Origin: Octopus bimaculoides
Lineage: Eukaryota
Direction of reading: 5' to 3'
Length of the DNA stretch: 64,000 bases
NCBI RefSeq assembly: GCF_001194135.2
Contig: NC_068997.1
Location: 50,381,346 to 50,445,345 of the forward strand
Numbering within the stretch: the first letter of the stretch is position 1; each line of letters begins with the position of its first letter. The notes below the pieces were generated by a model that did not search any database, was not told the origin of the DNA, and worked only from the letters and a program-made list of their open reading frames with translations. This document shows positions 37,151 through 50,077 of this stretch, piece by piece. The position numbers and the translations under genes are program-made.

Positions 37151-37231
37151 AAATGTATGTATTTATGTACATATATGCATGTATATAATTTGTATTATTA
37201 TTTGATTGAACGACATGCATCCCTTTCCAAG

Positions 37232-37281
<50 letters not shown>

Positions 37282-38689
37282 ATATATAGGGGATAGCTGT
37301 AAAACAACATTCAGATGAACTACAAAAAAATATAGTGGACAGGTATGAGAATGGTTGCTCTAAACTAACGAGAAGATAAAAAGAATTCCCCTGGATAAGC
37401 TGCTAGTTCATTATACATGACACTTCCTCACAGTTAGGTAAACTAAACTAATGGGGAATTAATGTGTTGTGAACTGAAACAACATAGCAGACCCTTGCTC
37501 TCATACACACACACACACACACATGAACTCATAAAACATCATTTATTAATAACATTCCTAAAGTGCAAATTTTATTAATTAAAATACTTTATTAACAATA
37601 GTGCTTTGATTTTATTTTCATTTCATTAACAATAAGTAGTAATTCATTTAGTAGATTAATGACTATTTTAAAAATTTTATTAACAAATGAATTTCATTAA
37701 GAAGAGTAATTTATAAATTTCATCAACGACAATAATTCACTAATTTCATTAATGACAGTAATTAATATAATTAATGACAGTAATTTATTAATATAATTAA
37801 CAACAGTACTATTGTTTTCATTTCATTTAATATTATTCTAATTAATGGTATGAGATACCCTTTTCTCATACCCAAAAAGCCTCAAAGACCTTGGGTCCTT
37901 TTTGGAAAGTCCCCCCCCCCTCACTGCCATAAGCTTTAACCCTTTAGCCTTTAGATTACTCTGTCGTATCTAATGCTTATTTATTCACATCATTTTGAAT
38001 TAATCATGCATTATCTCATAGCTTCAAGACTTCCATGACGTGATTGTTTATTTTTAGAGTGAGATTGTAAGATAGGTGTGAGAAGTCAGATCTGGCTGGT
38101 CTGAACACAGTAAAAGAAGGATATTTAGGCTGGACATGGCCAGTTTAAATGCTAAGAAGTTAAGGCACTAAAAAATTTCCCCCACTCCTTGAATACACAT
38201 GACTGATTTTAGGGCTTCTTTAATATACCCGTGCATCTTTTACACCATCAGATATGGCAATAATATTTTTCATTTCATTACCAACAGCAGTTTTATATCA
38301 TCATTGTTTAACGTCCACTTTTCATGTTAGCATGGGTTGGACGATTTGACTGAGGACTGGTGAAACCCGATGGCTACACCAGGCTCCAATCTGATTTGGC
38401 AGAGTTTCTACAACTGGATGCCCTTCCTAACGCACAGACATCAATAGTTTTCTGAGCTTGTTAGGCAAAGCAGGCAGGACCAGAGCTCGTGATCCTACTA
38501 GACAGATGTGGCTGAGGTTCAGTTTGAACATCATCATCATTTTAATGTCTACCTTTTCCTTGTTTGCAATAGAGTGGGTGGGATGTGTTTACTTCATTGC
38601 AGTTGTGCTGAGCAGGACGTGTTTACAGGATGGAGAGCAACAGGCTCCCCAAAGGCAGTTTTCTATTCTGAACTGTGTCAGAGCAGAAG

Positions 38690-38925
38690 TTGTGATACAG
38701 GGATGTACAAGAGATATCAGAACACCAGCATCTCCCCAGACACCTGGGAGGAGAAGGCCTTGTCGCACAATAAAGGGCACCGATTGTTGAATCTCATCAT
38801 TCTAGCCATTGAAAAGAAACAACAGAGAAAATGCAAAAGAGCACATGAGAGATGTCACCCCTCCGCTGCATCACGATCAAGCCTCATAGTCCACATGCGA
38901 GTTTGCCAAAGACAATTATTGAACA
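38690..38925 (+). mobile_element. RTE-like LINE C-terminal fragment
   Basis: ISPDTWEEKAL...SRSSLIVHMRVC resembles the RTE ORF end. Confidence 0.55.
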
Positions 38926-39649
38926 AGAACAGTCAACATCGACCTATGATGGACAGCCAAAGAATTTACTGCCAACACACAGACATCACTAGTTTCCTGA
39001 GCTTCAAGTATTTTCTCCTGCCATTTATTTGATTGAGTTGTCATCTGTTTGATCACTCTGTATTTTGAAATTAAATGTGAAGCAAAGAAGGTGGGACAGA
39101 GCCCACAGATGTGAGCAGAACTCTGCTGTGAACATCACTTAAGATTTGTTGAAGATTTAGCATCTGATCAGAACCAAAGTAATTCCTGGTTATAAACAAG
39201 AAATAACAGGCATGGCTGTGTGGTTAAGAAGTTTGCTTCCCAACTACATGGTTCCAGGTTCAGTCCCACTGGATGGCACATTGGCCAAGTCTCTTCTACT
39301 AAAGCCCTGAGCCAACTCAATTGTTGAGTGGATTTGATAGAAGGAAACTGAAAGAAGATAATCATGCACGTGTGTGTGTGTGTGTGTATGTATTGTTAAG
39401 GTCATAAGCATTTAGAAACTTCGAGACACGGTAATAAGCTGAACTCAAAACAGATAAAGCGACAAATAACCATTATCTGTAGCTTTATCTACTCTGAGTC
39501 TCATTGTTAAAAATAATTTTTAAATATATATCTTTTACTTGTTTCAGTTGACTGTGGCCATGCTGGGGCACCACCTTGAAAAACTTTTAGTCAAACAAAT
39601 CGACCCTAGTTGCCAAGCCGGGGGTAACAAACACATGTGATGTGTGTGT

Positions 39650-40032
39650 GGAGGCGCAATGGGCCAGTGCTTAGGGCAGCAGACTCACAGTCATAGGATC
39701 GTGGTTTCAATTCCCAGACCGGGCATTGTGAATGTTTATTGAGCAAAAACACCTAAAGCTCCACAAGGCTCCGGCAGGGGGTAGTGGCGAACCCCGCTGT
39801 ACTCTTTCGCCACAACTTTCTCTCACTCTTTCTTCCTGCTTCTGTTGCACCTGTATTTCAAAGGGGGCCAGCCTTATCACACTCTGTGTCAAGCTGAATC
39901 TCCCTGAGAACTATGTTAAAGGTACATGTGTCTGTGGAGTGCTCAGCCACTTACACATTAATTTCACAAGCAGTCTATTCCGTTGACCGGATCAACTGGA
40001 ACCCTCGTTATCGTAACTGACGGAGTGCCACA
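39650..40032 (+). mobile_element. SINE family A
   Basis: Colinear with 16853-17232. Confidence 0.9.
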
Positions 40033-40206
40033 ATGTGTGCGTGTGTATGTGTGTTGTGTATAGACTGTTGACTTCTATCAGTTTCTGTCTACCAAACCCA
40101 CTCACAAAGTTTTGGTCAGCCCAAAGCTATAAAAGACTTACAAGGTGCCATGCAATGGGGCTGAACCTAGAACCATGTGGTTGGAAAGCAAGCTTCTTAC
40201 AACACA

Positions 40207-40248
<42 letters not shown>

Positions 40249-41081
40249 NNNNNNNNNNNNNNNNNNNNNNNNNNNNNNNNNNNNNNNNNNNNNNNNNNNN
40301 NNNNNNNNNNNNNNNNNNNNNNNNNNNNNNNNNNNNNNNNNNNNNNNNNNNNNNNNNNNNNNNNNNNNNNNNNNNNNNNNNNNNNNNNNNNNNNNNNNNN
40401 NNNNNNNNNNNNNNNNNNNNNNNNNNNNNNNNNNNNNNNNNNNNNNNNNNNNNNNNNNNNNNNNNNNNNNNNNNNNNNNNNNNNNNNNNNNNNNNNNNNN
40501 NNNNNNNNNNNNNNNNNNNNNNNNNNNNNNNNNNNNNNNNNNNNNNNNNNNNNNNNNNNNNNNNNNNNNNNNNNNNNNNNNNNNNNNNNNNNNNNNNNNN
40601 NNNNNNNNNNNNNNNNNNNNNNNNNNNNNNNNNNNNNNNNNNNNNNNNNNNNNNNNNNNNNNNNNNNNNNNNNNNNNNNNNNNNNNNNNNNNNNNNNNNN
40701 NNNNNNNNNNNNNNNNNNNNNNNNNNNNNNNNNNNNNNNNNNNNNNNNNNNNNNNNNNNNNNNNNNNNNNNNNNNNNNNNNNNNNNNNNNNNNNNNNNNN
40801 NNNNNNNNNNNNNNNNNNNNNNNNNNNNNNNNNNNNNNNNNNNNNNNNNNNNNNNNNNNNNNNNNNNNNNNNNNNNNNNNNNNNNNNNNNNNNNNNNNNN
40901 NNNNNNNNNNNNNNNNNNNNNNNNNNNNNNNNNNNNNNNNNNNNNNNNNNNNNNNNNNNNNNNNNNNNNNNNNNNNNNNNNNNNNNNNNNNNNNNNNNNN
41001 NNNNNNNNNNNNNNNNNNNNNNNNNNNNNNNNNNNNNNNNNNNNNNNNNNNNNNNNNNNNNNNNNNNNNNNNNATATATAT

Positions 41082-41124
<43 letters not shown>

Positions 41125-41643
41125 AAGAAAGAGAAAGAGAGAGAAAGAGAGAGAAAGAGAGTGTGTGTGTGTGTGTATTTATGACTGCTTGTCTTGACAT
41201 CACATGATAGTCGTAAATGATTATCACTGTCAGACAAGCAGTGTCATTTATTTCCAACATTTTGCAAAAACCATTTTCCAGCCATGAGGTGATATTAACT
41301 TGCTTTGCAAACAGGTGAAGGTTTGCAACAGAGAGAGCATCCATCTGCTTCAATAAACGCTGTCCAACCCATGCCAGCATAGAAAAGTGGACGTTAAAAC
41401 AACAATGATGATGATGGTTTTTAAGATTTTGTGACGCCCGTTTTGATTGTGAAACTACGCTTCATATATTTGGCCAGATATTACATTTAGTACAACAAAA
41501 GGCTAAACACAGATTAGTGCATATTAGTAAGCTATTCTACTTCACACGAGATATGAAATGATAAGTAAACTTTGCCATTTTACTGTTGTCAACTGCATCA
41601 TCAGTTCTAACTTTTCTATTATTATTATTATTATTACTGTTGT

Positions 41644-41674
<31 letters not shown>

Positions 41675-43417
41675 GCAGTTAACAATCTGTTAGCGTTTAT
41701 AATAGTTTTCTCACTCTGAAAAATAGATTTAGCAAGTAAACAATGAGCTACTATATAGTCTGCTAGAAATAACAGCCAAATCTTCCACAAACTACACCTT
41801 ACTATCTTGAAGAAGGACACAGTGGATAATGTCTTCTATATATACAAAACAGCTACAGCTTCCCTGCCCTCTACATGTAGCAGCTACAGTTCCCCTACCC
41901 CATGACATGTAGCAGTTATGGACCCATCCCATGTCTACATGTTATACTGAACAGAGAAAGGGGGAGAAGAATGGCTTAACTTTTTCAAAAGATGTTATTT
42001 CATGGCATACATATGATAAGTGCAATGGTCAGCTTCTTGTGGCACGAGCCCTTGCATCTACACTGGACAACTTAACGTGATGTTAGCAGCCCTCGGTTAT
42101 ACCAGGATAGTTTCATATAGTGTTAGGCCCTCATAGCTACACCAGAACAGTTTAATGTGGTGTTAGGGCTTCATGTAGTTTCAGGACTTCATGTGGTGTT
42201 AGAACTAACCACTAGGAGGTGTTCCTGTGTAGCTGCAAGGGCTAACAGCCACACAAGAACATCCTCAATTACTGTTGATCCTGGTAGCAAGAACAGCCCA
42301 ATATTAATTTCAAGGGTTACTGGATCATGACATGTAGGTGTCAAGTGATTAAGATATTGCCGTATTCTTACAACTAATGAAAATTTAATTAATCAACCAA
42401 TCAATCAGTTAAGTTGTATGATAGAGCGAATTGATTGCATAGATCTACATTATCAACAGTGTACCTTCTTATATTTAGAAGGACTGAGCACAGTGTTTAT
42501 CTCTACCAGCTAGATGTACTGAGCATAGCAATAAACTAATACCTAATACCTAATTACCCCTAGGTAACCTAGCCAACAAGAGTTATATTTGCTTGTGTAT
42601 AAGTCACACTATTTTTTATTTGATTTTTACTGAAAAAACTGGGGTGTGACTTACATGGGGCACAGCTAAAACTATTAAAGGAAAAAAAATTGTACCAAAA
42701 TTTAATACTAAATTAGGGTTGCAATTTGTATGAATAAATGCGGTAAGTTCCAAAGGAAAGTGTTGGGTGCAGTACCAGTGAAAAACTCAACCCATTTAAG
42801 CCAGTAGACCAACGCTGTTATTAACAAGGCCTGTAAAGACTTCTTAAAATAACCACAACCTCTCCCACTCAATCATATCATTTGCGAATTCATGTAATTT
42901 AACGAGCTAGAAATTTGTTTAATTGCTTGCATAGTTGTGTGTGCGGTTTAAAATATATGTAAATATGAATTGCTCCCTAAACAAACATCTGTGAATTTTT
43001 TTGCTAATGAATTACTGGATAATTTTTTGTTTGGCTAAAGAATCAACTGGTTAGAGCAACATCATTGCAGTTATTTAGTTTAGCACATACACCCATGCAC
43101 ACATTATATGTTAGCTTTTCCATGCTGATGTGAGTTGAGTAGGCTATCACAAACTATGCCAATTGTTACATGGCAGCATAAAACTGAACTGTAGTACCGT
43201 GTATCATCACTGTTTTAATGTCAGATTTTTGGTGAAATTTGTTGAGGCAGATTTTCTATGACAGGATGATCTTCCAGCTGCCAACTTTCATCTGTTTCCA
43301 AGCGAGGTAAGATTTCCCCATGGCCAAACATGATTTTCACAGAAGGCTGGGCACAAATGATACTGCTTGTATGACAGGGATGCTTGTTTATGACTCTCAC
43401 ATGATGTCAGCACTAGG

Positions 43418-43465
<48 letters not shown>

Positions 43466-43830
43466 GCTTCTTTCAGTTTCCCATAGCTATAAAAGGCACT
43501 TGCCCAAGATGCCATGTAATGGGATTGAACCAGAGATCACATGATAGGGAAGCAAACTTCTTAACCACATATCCATGCCTGTGCTTTACAGTATTGACAG
43601 AATGTGAATCATTGTGCCAGTGGCACAAGAGAAGCTGCCCTGTGCAAAGGGAACTGAAGGGTCCCTTTGAAACCCTCATTCAAAATTATTGCTGGAGGCC
43701 CTTCGTGTCACCAACTACATAACAGAATCTACCGCAATCTTTACATAATAAACACTGAAAATGTGGAGAGAACAGCTTCTGTCACATTCCAGGGAGTTGT
43801 ACCTGTGTATTATACATATTGTGTGTGTGT

Positions 43831-43884
<54 letters not shown>

Positions 43885-44924
43885 CAGAGAGCGAGACAGA
43901 CAGACAGAGAGGAAGGGAAGGGAGAGACAAATAACTGCACTCCGAAGTTTTATTCTTACAAATGTCATTGTTTTGTGGCCTTACCNNNNNNNNNNNNNNN
44001 NNNNNNNNNNNNNNNNNNNNNNNNNNNNNNNNNNNNNNNNNNNNNNNNNNNNNNNNNNNNNNNNNNNNNNNNNNNNNNNNNNNNNNNNNNNNNNNNNNNN
44101 NNNNNNNNNNNNNNNNNNNNNNNNNNNNNNNNNNNNNNNNNNNNNNNNNNNNNNNNNNNNNNNNNNNNNNNNNNNNNNNNNNNNNNNNNNNNNNNNNNNN
44201 NNNNNNNNNNNNNNNNNNNNNNNNNNNNNNNNNNNNNNNNNNNNNNNNNNNNNNNNNNNNNNNNNNNNNNNNNNNNNNNGGGGGGGGGGGGGAACATCCC
44301 TACAAAAAAATGGCCCTTCTCTCTTTGTAAAATGTCAATGTACTCCCAGCAACATTCCAAGGTTGTCTTGAAACTTAAGAGTGATAGTTAAAGTAAACAA
44401 ATGATAAAGCAGAAATCAGTGATTTGTTCACAGCTACGACATTGATTTCTGTCTTGTGATCAATAACTGATAGATTGATGTCTTATTCACTCAACAGTTT
44501 CACCTTTACAACTTGGGTTTCGGTTATTTTTGCAGTCCCAGGTCAACTCTGATTGAGCAAACTTTTTTGTCACGCAAATAATCGACCAACCGATTAGGTG
44601 TGACCCACATAATTGTTGTTCTAGATATACCATGCCACCTGTTTATGAGCTGACAACCATACCACAGATACTGGCATGCAATAGTAAACCAAAAGAGGTG
44701 CAGTGGGAGTCAGGAGATATTTTGCTCTCTTCAGGGTCCAGTTTAGCTGGACAGTTAAGATTGTTGCTTAGCCCCACATCAATCCTGATGGAACAGATAA
44801 ACTAATGATTAAAATCCATTCCAGCCATGCCGTCTTTTGTCCTAGAATAATGTATGTTAGTCCAACACTGTGTTTATTTATAACTTGCTTCCTTGATAAC
44901 TTCAGCAATTATATACTAAATAGG

Positions 44925-44972
<48 letters not shown>

Positions 44973-46333
44973 CACCATCATCATTTACCATCCATCTTCC
45001 ATGCTGGCATCAATTAGATGCTTTGACAGGAGCTGGTAAGCCAGAGGACTGTGCCAAACTTCATTGTCTGCTTTGGCATGGCTTTTACAGCTGTATGTTC
45101 TTCCTAATACTTACCACTTCACACAGTGGAGCCAACCAATGTTTTGTGAGAAAATTTAGTGGATGGAAACTGAAAGAAGCTTGTGTGTGTATGTGTGTGC
45201 ATGAATGTTTATAACCTAGCTAAGTTACAGCTACGAACAATGACAGTTCTTGACATTTCCTATCAACATGTCAACTGCAAGTTCTGCACTTTTAAATTAC
45301 TCTGGAATTAGAAAAAAAATCCCTCGTTTGAAAAACTTATAATGGGTGGTTTGGCAACAGGAAGAGCATCCAGCTATAAAAATCCTACTGCAATTACTTC
45401 CCATCTCAACCATAAGAAAAGCATGTAGAACAAAACAGACGCTATCATTTCACTTGTTCTGTTTACATTAGCTTTTCTATGAAGTAATCATGCTGGCTTC
45501 TCAAACATGCCTTCATACAATCTTCATTAGTGTTCATATTGTTTCTAGTTAAATAATATCTGAAAGGTATATGTTGTTTTAGATGTCAGACAAACACAGC
45601 TAAATAAATTACTGTCTCTAATTAATTTATTCACCACCACCATCACTCCCCATATCCAAAGTTCCTGGTCCATTCATTAATCAACATCTTCAAAGCCTTA
45701 CATTCTGCTAACCCATTTGGTACCAAACTGCCAGAAACTATCTCTGATTCTAGATTACAAAAAAAAACCCTAACCATTTTGATACCAACCCACCTGAGAA
45801 TGCCCTTGGTTTTGTGATATAAAACTACAGATGAGATGACACTAACACTTGGTTGGTATTCATTTATTGGAGTATATTGGAGAAACATGAAATGAGGTGC
45901 CTTGCTCAAGGACACAGTGAGACTCCCTGGTCCAGGAATTGAACTGATGACCTTATGATCTCGAGATAGATGGATGGAGGGAGAAATTTTTCCAAACCTC
46001 TACTCGGTCATATACAATCGTTGTAAAGCTTCAGACCATCACTGGAAATATTTCATAGACACGCAGACACATTACACTTAAAACTAAGCATCAAACCATC
46101 GCCACCATTGTAATATCTATATTTCTCTGAAAGAATGAGTCAGAAACTGTTACAGCATAACTTAAGTGGTTATTCAACCCGGTTGGTTTCACTTTCACTA
46201 AACCACTTCAACTAAAGTCTTTTGTTTTAGACTACTACTCACCAAATTACAATCACTTTTAACTGACTCACAAGCTAACAAGAGAACCTCTACTTGGTCA
46301 CTCAACCTGCTAGAAATAGCAGCCAACTCTTCC

Positions 46334-46568
46334 TTAACCCCTTAGTGTTTAAACCAGCTGTATCTAACCCAAATATGCTACATGTTTTTAAGTTCTAACC
46401 AGATCCAGCCAGATCCGGCCTATTACATCTACACTTCAATGTCATTCTAAAAATAAACAATCACATTATCATAATCTTGAAGCTACAAGATAATGAGTGA
46501 TTAATTAAAAACAATGTGAACGAAAAAGCATTACATTTGACAGAGTAATCTGAATGTTGAAAGGTTAA
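46334..46568 (+). mobile_element. piggyBac-like MITE family 1 (TTAA ends, short TIR ccctttagcatt)
   Basis: TTAA at both ends; other copies at 608-787 (-), 2500-2672, 5740-5879 (-), 16487-16654, 32570-32793, 37936-38163 (-), 47983-48206. Confidence 0.8.
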
Positions 46569-46618
46569 ACTACAGCCTTCCATCTCTAAAAAAGGACAGA
46601 TTGGTTAAATTATTGTAT

Positions 46619-47025
46619 TTAATTCTCTTGTTACCATATTTCTGTTGAAATACAGTGCTTTTGTTTCAATTCCGTCATCATTAAGCTGGTGTTTGAAACA
46701 TTAACATGAAATTTTAATGGAAGATTTCAATTTAGATTCCTTTAACCCTTTTGTTACTGTATTTATTTTGAGATACTGTGTTTCTTTCAATTACTTTAAA
46801 TATAACAAAGAATTTAGTAAAATAACTTAGTTATCATTCAGCGAGTGTTAGGAACATAAGTTGCGACTAAGGTTTGGTGGAAGATTTTAACTCAAAACTT
46901 ATGAAAACAAGACCTTTGTACTACAGAGCCAGTTTCAGCCGGATTGGAAACGAAAGGGTTAAAGTAGGAAACGTGTATCACAGAACTCAGACCAGCCTCA
47001 AATGGGTTAGCATTAAAAGGGTTAA
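46619..47025 (+). mobile_element. piggyBac-like MITE family 2 interrupted by another TTAA MITE (46742-46962)
   Basis: Inner element ttaa-cccttttgttac...ggaaacgaaaggg-ttaa with duplicated TTAA; the outer halves rejoin to match the uninterrupted copy at about 17505-17715. Confidence 0.8.
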
Positions 47026-48254
47026 GAAAAGAAAAAGCCAAGATTTGAATGTCTTTGGTCACAGGTCTTCCATGTCACATTGCTGATCATGAACTACACA
47101 ACTTTTAACACAGCATATATCAGCCATTTCTCTTCCACATCAACACAAATCTAGTTGTCTTTCCTAACATATATATGAACCAATAACTTCTATTCAGGAG
47201 ATGAATAAAGAATGTATTCTTTAACTGCTACACCATGAATAGATCTTGTACAAACATTCAGCTGAGACTTAAATAGCCATGTTATATACAGCATAGCATC
47301 TGCAATAACTTATTTAAGCTAACATTTCTTCAGCCAACATAACATTAAGGTGGTGGTGGGGCAGTCTGTTAATAAAAGATTTTATTCTATGTAATTAAAT
47401 TTCAACAGAGGTACAGGTGTGGCTGTGTGGTTAGCTTGTTCTCCAAACATATGGTCTTGGGGTTCAATCCTACTGGGTGGCAACTTGGGCAAGTGTTTTC
47501 TACTATAGCACGAGGCTGACCAAAGGCTTGTGAGTGGATTTGGTTGAAAGAATCTGTGTGTGTGTGTGCATGTCCCTGTCTTGACATCATGCAATAATTG
47601 GAAATGAACATCACCATCATACGAGCGATGTTGTTTGTTTCCTGCCTTCCATGGTGAAATATTTTCCTTGATTGGAAACAGGTGAGGGTTGGCAACAAGA
47701 AGGACATCCAAATCTTCCTCAACAAATTTCATCTGACCCATGCAAGCATGGAAAAGAGGACATTAAAATGAAGGTGATGATGAAAAAGGGAAGAGTGACA
47801 CTAGTTTTAGTGATTTAATGATTAATCTAAAAATTCAGATCTCAGAAATAGGTTTTCTGCCAGGCTCTATGCAGGGCACCAAAAGCCATACCTGCCCTAT
47901 TTACATAGCAGCAGCAGACATTATATTGACTGTCTCCCACTAATTTCCCAAATATGGAAGCACAACAAAACCAATCCTTATGCCCTTTAGCAATCAAACC
48001 AGCTATATCCAACCACAATATCCGACATGTTTTATGTTCAAACCATCCAGAGCTGGCCGGTCACACTTACTCTACAATGTCATTCTAAAAATAAGCAATT
48101 ACATCTTGGAAATCTCAAAGCTGTGAGATAATGTATGATTAATTTAAAACAATGTGAATAAATAAGAATTACATTTGACAGACTAATCTGAATGCTAAAG
48201 GGTTAAACCAGCCATGTCCGGCAAATATTCTGTTTTATGTTCAAAACATTAGAA

Positions 48255-48549
48255 AATCATTCAAGCGAGGTCGTTGCCAGTGCCGCTGGATTGGCTCCCG
48301 TACAGGTGGCACGTAAAAAATACCTTTTTTGAGCATGGCCGTTGCCAGTACCGTGTGACGGGCCCTCGTGCCGGTGGCACGTAAAAGCACCCACTACACT
48401 CTCGAAGTGATTGGCGTTAGGAAGGGCATCCAGCTGTAGAAACTCTGCCAAATCAGACTGGAGCCTGGTGCAGCCTTCTGGCTTGCCAGTCCTCAAATCG
48501 TCCAACCCATGCTAGCATGGAAAGCAGACATTAAACAATGATGATGATG
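48255..48549 (+). mobile_element. RTE-type 3'-end repeat (high-copy family, representative copy)
   Basis: ggcgttaggaagggcatccagctgtagaaac...ccatgctagcatggaaagcagacattaaacaatgatgatgat; more than 10 partial copies in the window. Confidence 0.8.
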
Positions 48550-49197
48550 ATATATATATATATATATAGGAATAAATAAAATCATCATCATTTAAACATC
48601 TGCTTTTTCATGCAGATGAGAATTGGGGCAAATGGCTGGATGCCTTCCTTGTGTGAGTGCATGAGTATGTATTTCCTTCATTTCCACATGTGTTTCCTGG
48701 TTATAAACAATGGTCTCATTGACAATTTGATTCTTTTTGCAATCCTCCTCGAAAGCATGTCTGGAATTCTCGGCATACCTTGACATTGTACAATCTTTGT
48801 AAACAGAAAGTTCATTCATAGTGTTGCTCATATCTAGTCCTCCATGTAAACATGTCCAGGCTGTTTGCTGTTCAATAGACTTGAAGATTATTATCTTGCT
48901 TGGAAACCGGGGTGGGCACAAAGGGAAGGGCATTTGTGGAAAACCCAGTCCCAAAATACCATTTAATGATCCAAGAATTTTTGGTGTCACAAAAAAGCGC
49001 TGGTGATAGTGCCACATAAAAAGCACCAAGTACACTCTGTAAAGTGGTCAGTGCTAGGAAGGGCATCCAACTGTAGAAACCATGCCAAAACAGATTATGG
49101 AACCCAGTGTGGAGCCTGGCCTTGCGAGTTCATCAAACTGTCCAACTCATGCCAGCATGGAAAATGGATGCTGATAATGATCATCATCATGAACAAT

Positions 49198-49568
49198 TGT
49201 TGTTGGCACTCCGTCGCTTACGACGTCGAGGGTTCCAGTCGATCCTATCAACGGAACAGCCTGCTCGTGAAATTGACGAGCAAGTGGCTGAACACTCCAC
49301 AGACATGTGTACCCTTAATGTAGTTCTCGGGGATATTCAGCATGACACAGAATGTGACAAGGCTGACCCTTTGAATTACAGGCACAACAGAAACAGGAAG
49401 TAAGAGTGAGAGAAAGTTGTGGTGAAAGAATACAGCAGGGTTTACCACCATCCCCTGCCGGAGCCTCGTGGAGCTTTAGGTGTTTTCGCTCAATAAACAC
49501 TCACAACACCCGGTCTGAGAATCGAAACCGCGAGTCCGCTGCCCTAACCACTGGGCCATTGCGCCTCC
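49198..49568 (-). mobile_element. SINE family A, full length with 12-bp TSD
   Basis: Reverse complement of the 16853 copy; atcatgaacaat at 49186-49197 and 49572-49583. Confidence 0.9.
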
Positions 49569-50046
49569 ACTATCATGAACAATAACCCATCGATTTCTGA
49601 TGCTTTACAATGAAATAGACAAATCTAATGTCATCGAAGAATTAGTCACTAGAAAAATATCATGGCAACCAATTTCCAAACAATAATACCAAACTTAGTT
49701 ATTAAACTAAAATTAATAAGAAAAAAAAATACTTGCTAATATGAAATATGCGCAGTAACATCAGAGTCTGTGTTATGCAAGAATAGAGACAATTATAACA
49801 AGCAATGTTTTAATTAACACAACACAGCTTGTTAGACATCACAAATTATAACAGCAGTGACTGTGACAAAAATTAATGAATAGTCACAATTTCTGTTTGG
49901 AATGTTCATATACAAAACATTAACAGTTTTAATGCCCATTTTTAATTAGTCGTGAAGCTCCTCTACAATAAGAAATCTTTTCTGCTCTAGCTTGGCCCCT
50001 TCCATCATACTTTAACCCCTCAGCTCTTCGTATAAAGCTGCCTGCC

Positions 50047-50077
<31 letters not shown>

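Noticed and set aside
40035-41380. Long ORFs here and at 25.6-26.2, 43.7-44.4, 52.5-53.2 and 62.2-62.5 kb
   Set aside because: They are open only because they run through N gaps and dinucleotide repeats
45631-45680. Minus-strand MNGPGTLDMGSDGG+G|gtgaat as a candidate first exon
   Set aside because: Phase-compatible, but the donor is weak, there is no homology, and it is superseded by the 59579 exon
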